In this document: piece by piece, positions 62,817-64,000 of the stretch | Numbering within the stretch: position 1 is the stretch's first letter | Layout: each line of letters begins with the position of its first letter | DNA from: Amoebophrya sp. A120 | Taxonomy: Eukaryota; Protista; Dinoflagellata | Direction: 5' to 3' | DNA: 64,000 bases | NCBI GenBank assembly: GCA_905178155.1 | Contig: CAJINV010000001.1 | Span: 6,889,794-6,953,793 of the forward strand | Program-made: the position numbers and the translations under genes | The notes under the pieces: model-generated | Database searches by the model: none | The model's input: the letters and a program-made list of their open reading frames with translations, nothing else | Told to the model about the DNA's origin: nothing

Positions 62817-64000
62817 TTTGAAGGAGGTTTATTTGATGTTCGGGTGAAGACAAAAACTTTGTCTTCGCTACAACGTCGCAGTCGACCGCTCGACCACTAG
62901 TACCCAGCTGGTCTGAAGGTCCGCAACCGCGATTCGTCGAGAAAACCGCCACCGATCGCGAAGTGATTTGTTTTTTTTCAAACAGAAACTGAATTCCGTA
63001 TACTACAAAACTGAGTCACTACCTGCGTCCGCAGCGCAAAAGAGATGATCTACTCTGTCTGTAACTAGCCAACGATGTTGCAAATCTAGTCACAGAAAAA
63101 AGTACTATACTCTCCTAGTTTTTCGAACTAAGTGGCCTGCTCTATTTTGTGCGCGAAATTTTTACTTTTGGAATTTTTGCAAAAGAAGTTCGTTCGAAAT
63201 CAAAATCAAAATATCAGAAACAGCATGCAATTTTCTTCTTTACTACACAAAAACTGCTTTCTCTAGTGAATGTACGCGCTTCTTTTATCGTTCTGAGCGG
63301 TATCTGGATCTTTGTAGAGGATCTTGATTGCAGGTAACTTTGAGTCGCTGTACAACTAGAGACGACTTCTAATAAACGGTTTAAGTGTACTGTCAACAAA
63401 TTTTTCGAGCGAGTTTCACTTTCTTCGTGTGGGAAAGGGTTTGCACTGTGCACAGCCTAAGAAGGGGGAAGGCGCAACCAAGACAAACCTGATATTTGTT
63501 GAAGTTCGAACTCGATTTTTGTCGCGAGCAGACTGCTATTCGATCGAGCTGCATGCTCAATGTCTCTCGATTGGATTTGGAACACCAAGAAAAATTTCAG
63601 CTCTATCTTGCTCAAGCGCGTATGCACGATTGCTGTCCCAGTCATTTTGAATGTGCGTATTCTCGAATTTCTCGTGAATCAATTAGTCGGCAAAAAAGAT
63701 CAAAACGCATGCGACTCTGAATAACCACGACGCAAGCCTCATCTCATTTTGCCGCTGAATCGACTGTATTCTCTTTTGTGACAACAACCTCCGCACTCAT
63801 TCTGCTATTATTTACCGTTTTACATCGCGAAGGACTCACTCCGCCAAAAAAGATGAAAGAAGTTCATTTCTAAATCGTCGGTGACGAAAGTGGCTCGACC
63901 ACTTCTTCAACAACTCCAATGCGCATAATGTCCAAGTCTTTGCTGTACTTCTTTTATTTACACCGTCTAAACTATCACATCAATACAGAGAACCGCCAGA

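Overview
Gene-dense eukaryotic (protist) DNA. All ~19 recognisable genes lie on the minus strand in one unbroken block; many starts sit in an AAAATG context and most ordinary introns are GT-AG. Recognisable products: TTL-family ligase, NAA50, a His-box hydroxylase/desaturase-like membrane protein, U2SURP/SR140, REEP/Yop1, a GOS1-type SNARE, a DUF285 repeat protein, two tandem J-domain/cathepsin-B-like pseudo-protease paralogs, a very large protein with a C-terminal CDIN1-like nuclease domain, a kinesin, two tandem small membrane paralogs and UBC4/UBE2D. The main signal is a family of six 252-296 bp non-autonomous elements with ~30 bp terminal inverted repeats (TAT...ATA) and perfect, site-specific 5-bp target-site duplications. 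All six lie inside coding exons, in both orientations. Removing each element plus one TSD restores the protein exactly, yet no excision register gives GT-AG. They look like transposon-derived non-canonical introns (introners). This architecture suggests a syndinian dinoflagellate such as Amoebophrya, where IR/DR-bounded non-canonical introners have been reported; that assignment is inference. Gene models were assembled by hand without transcript data.
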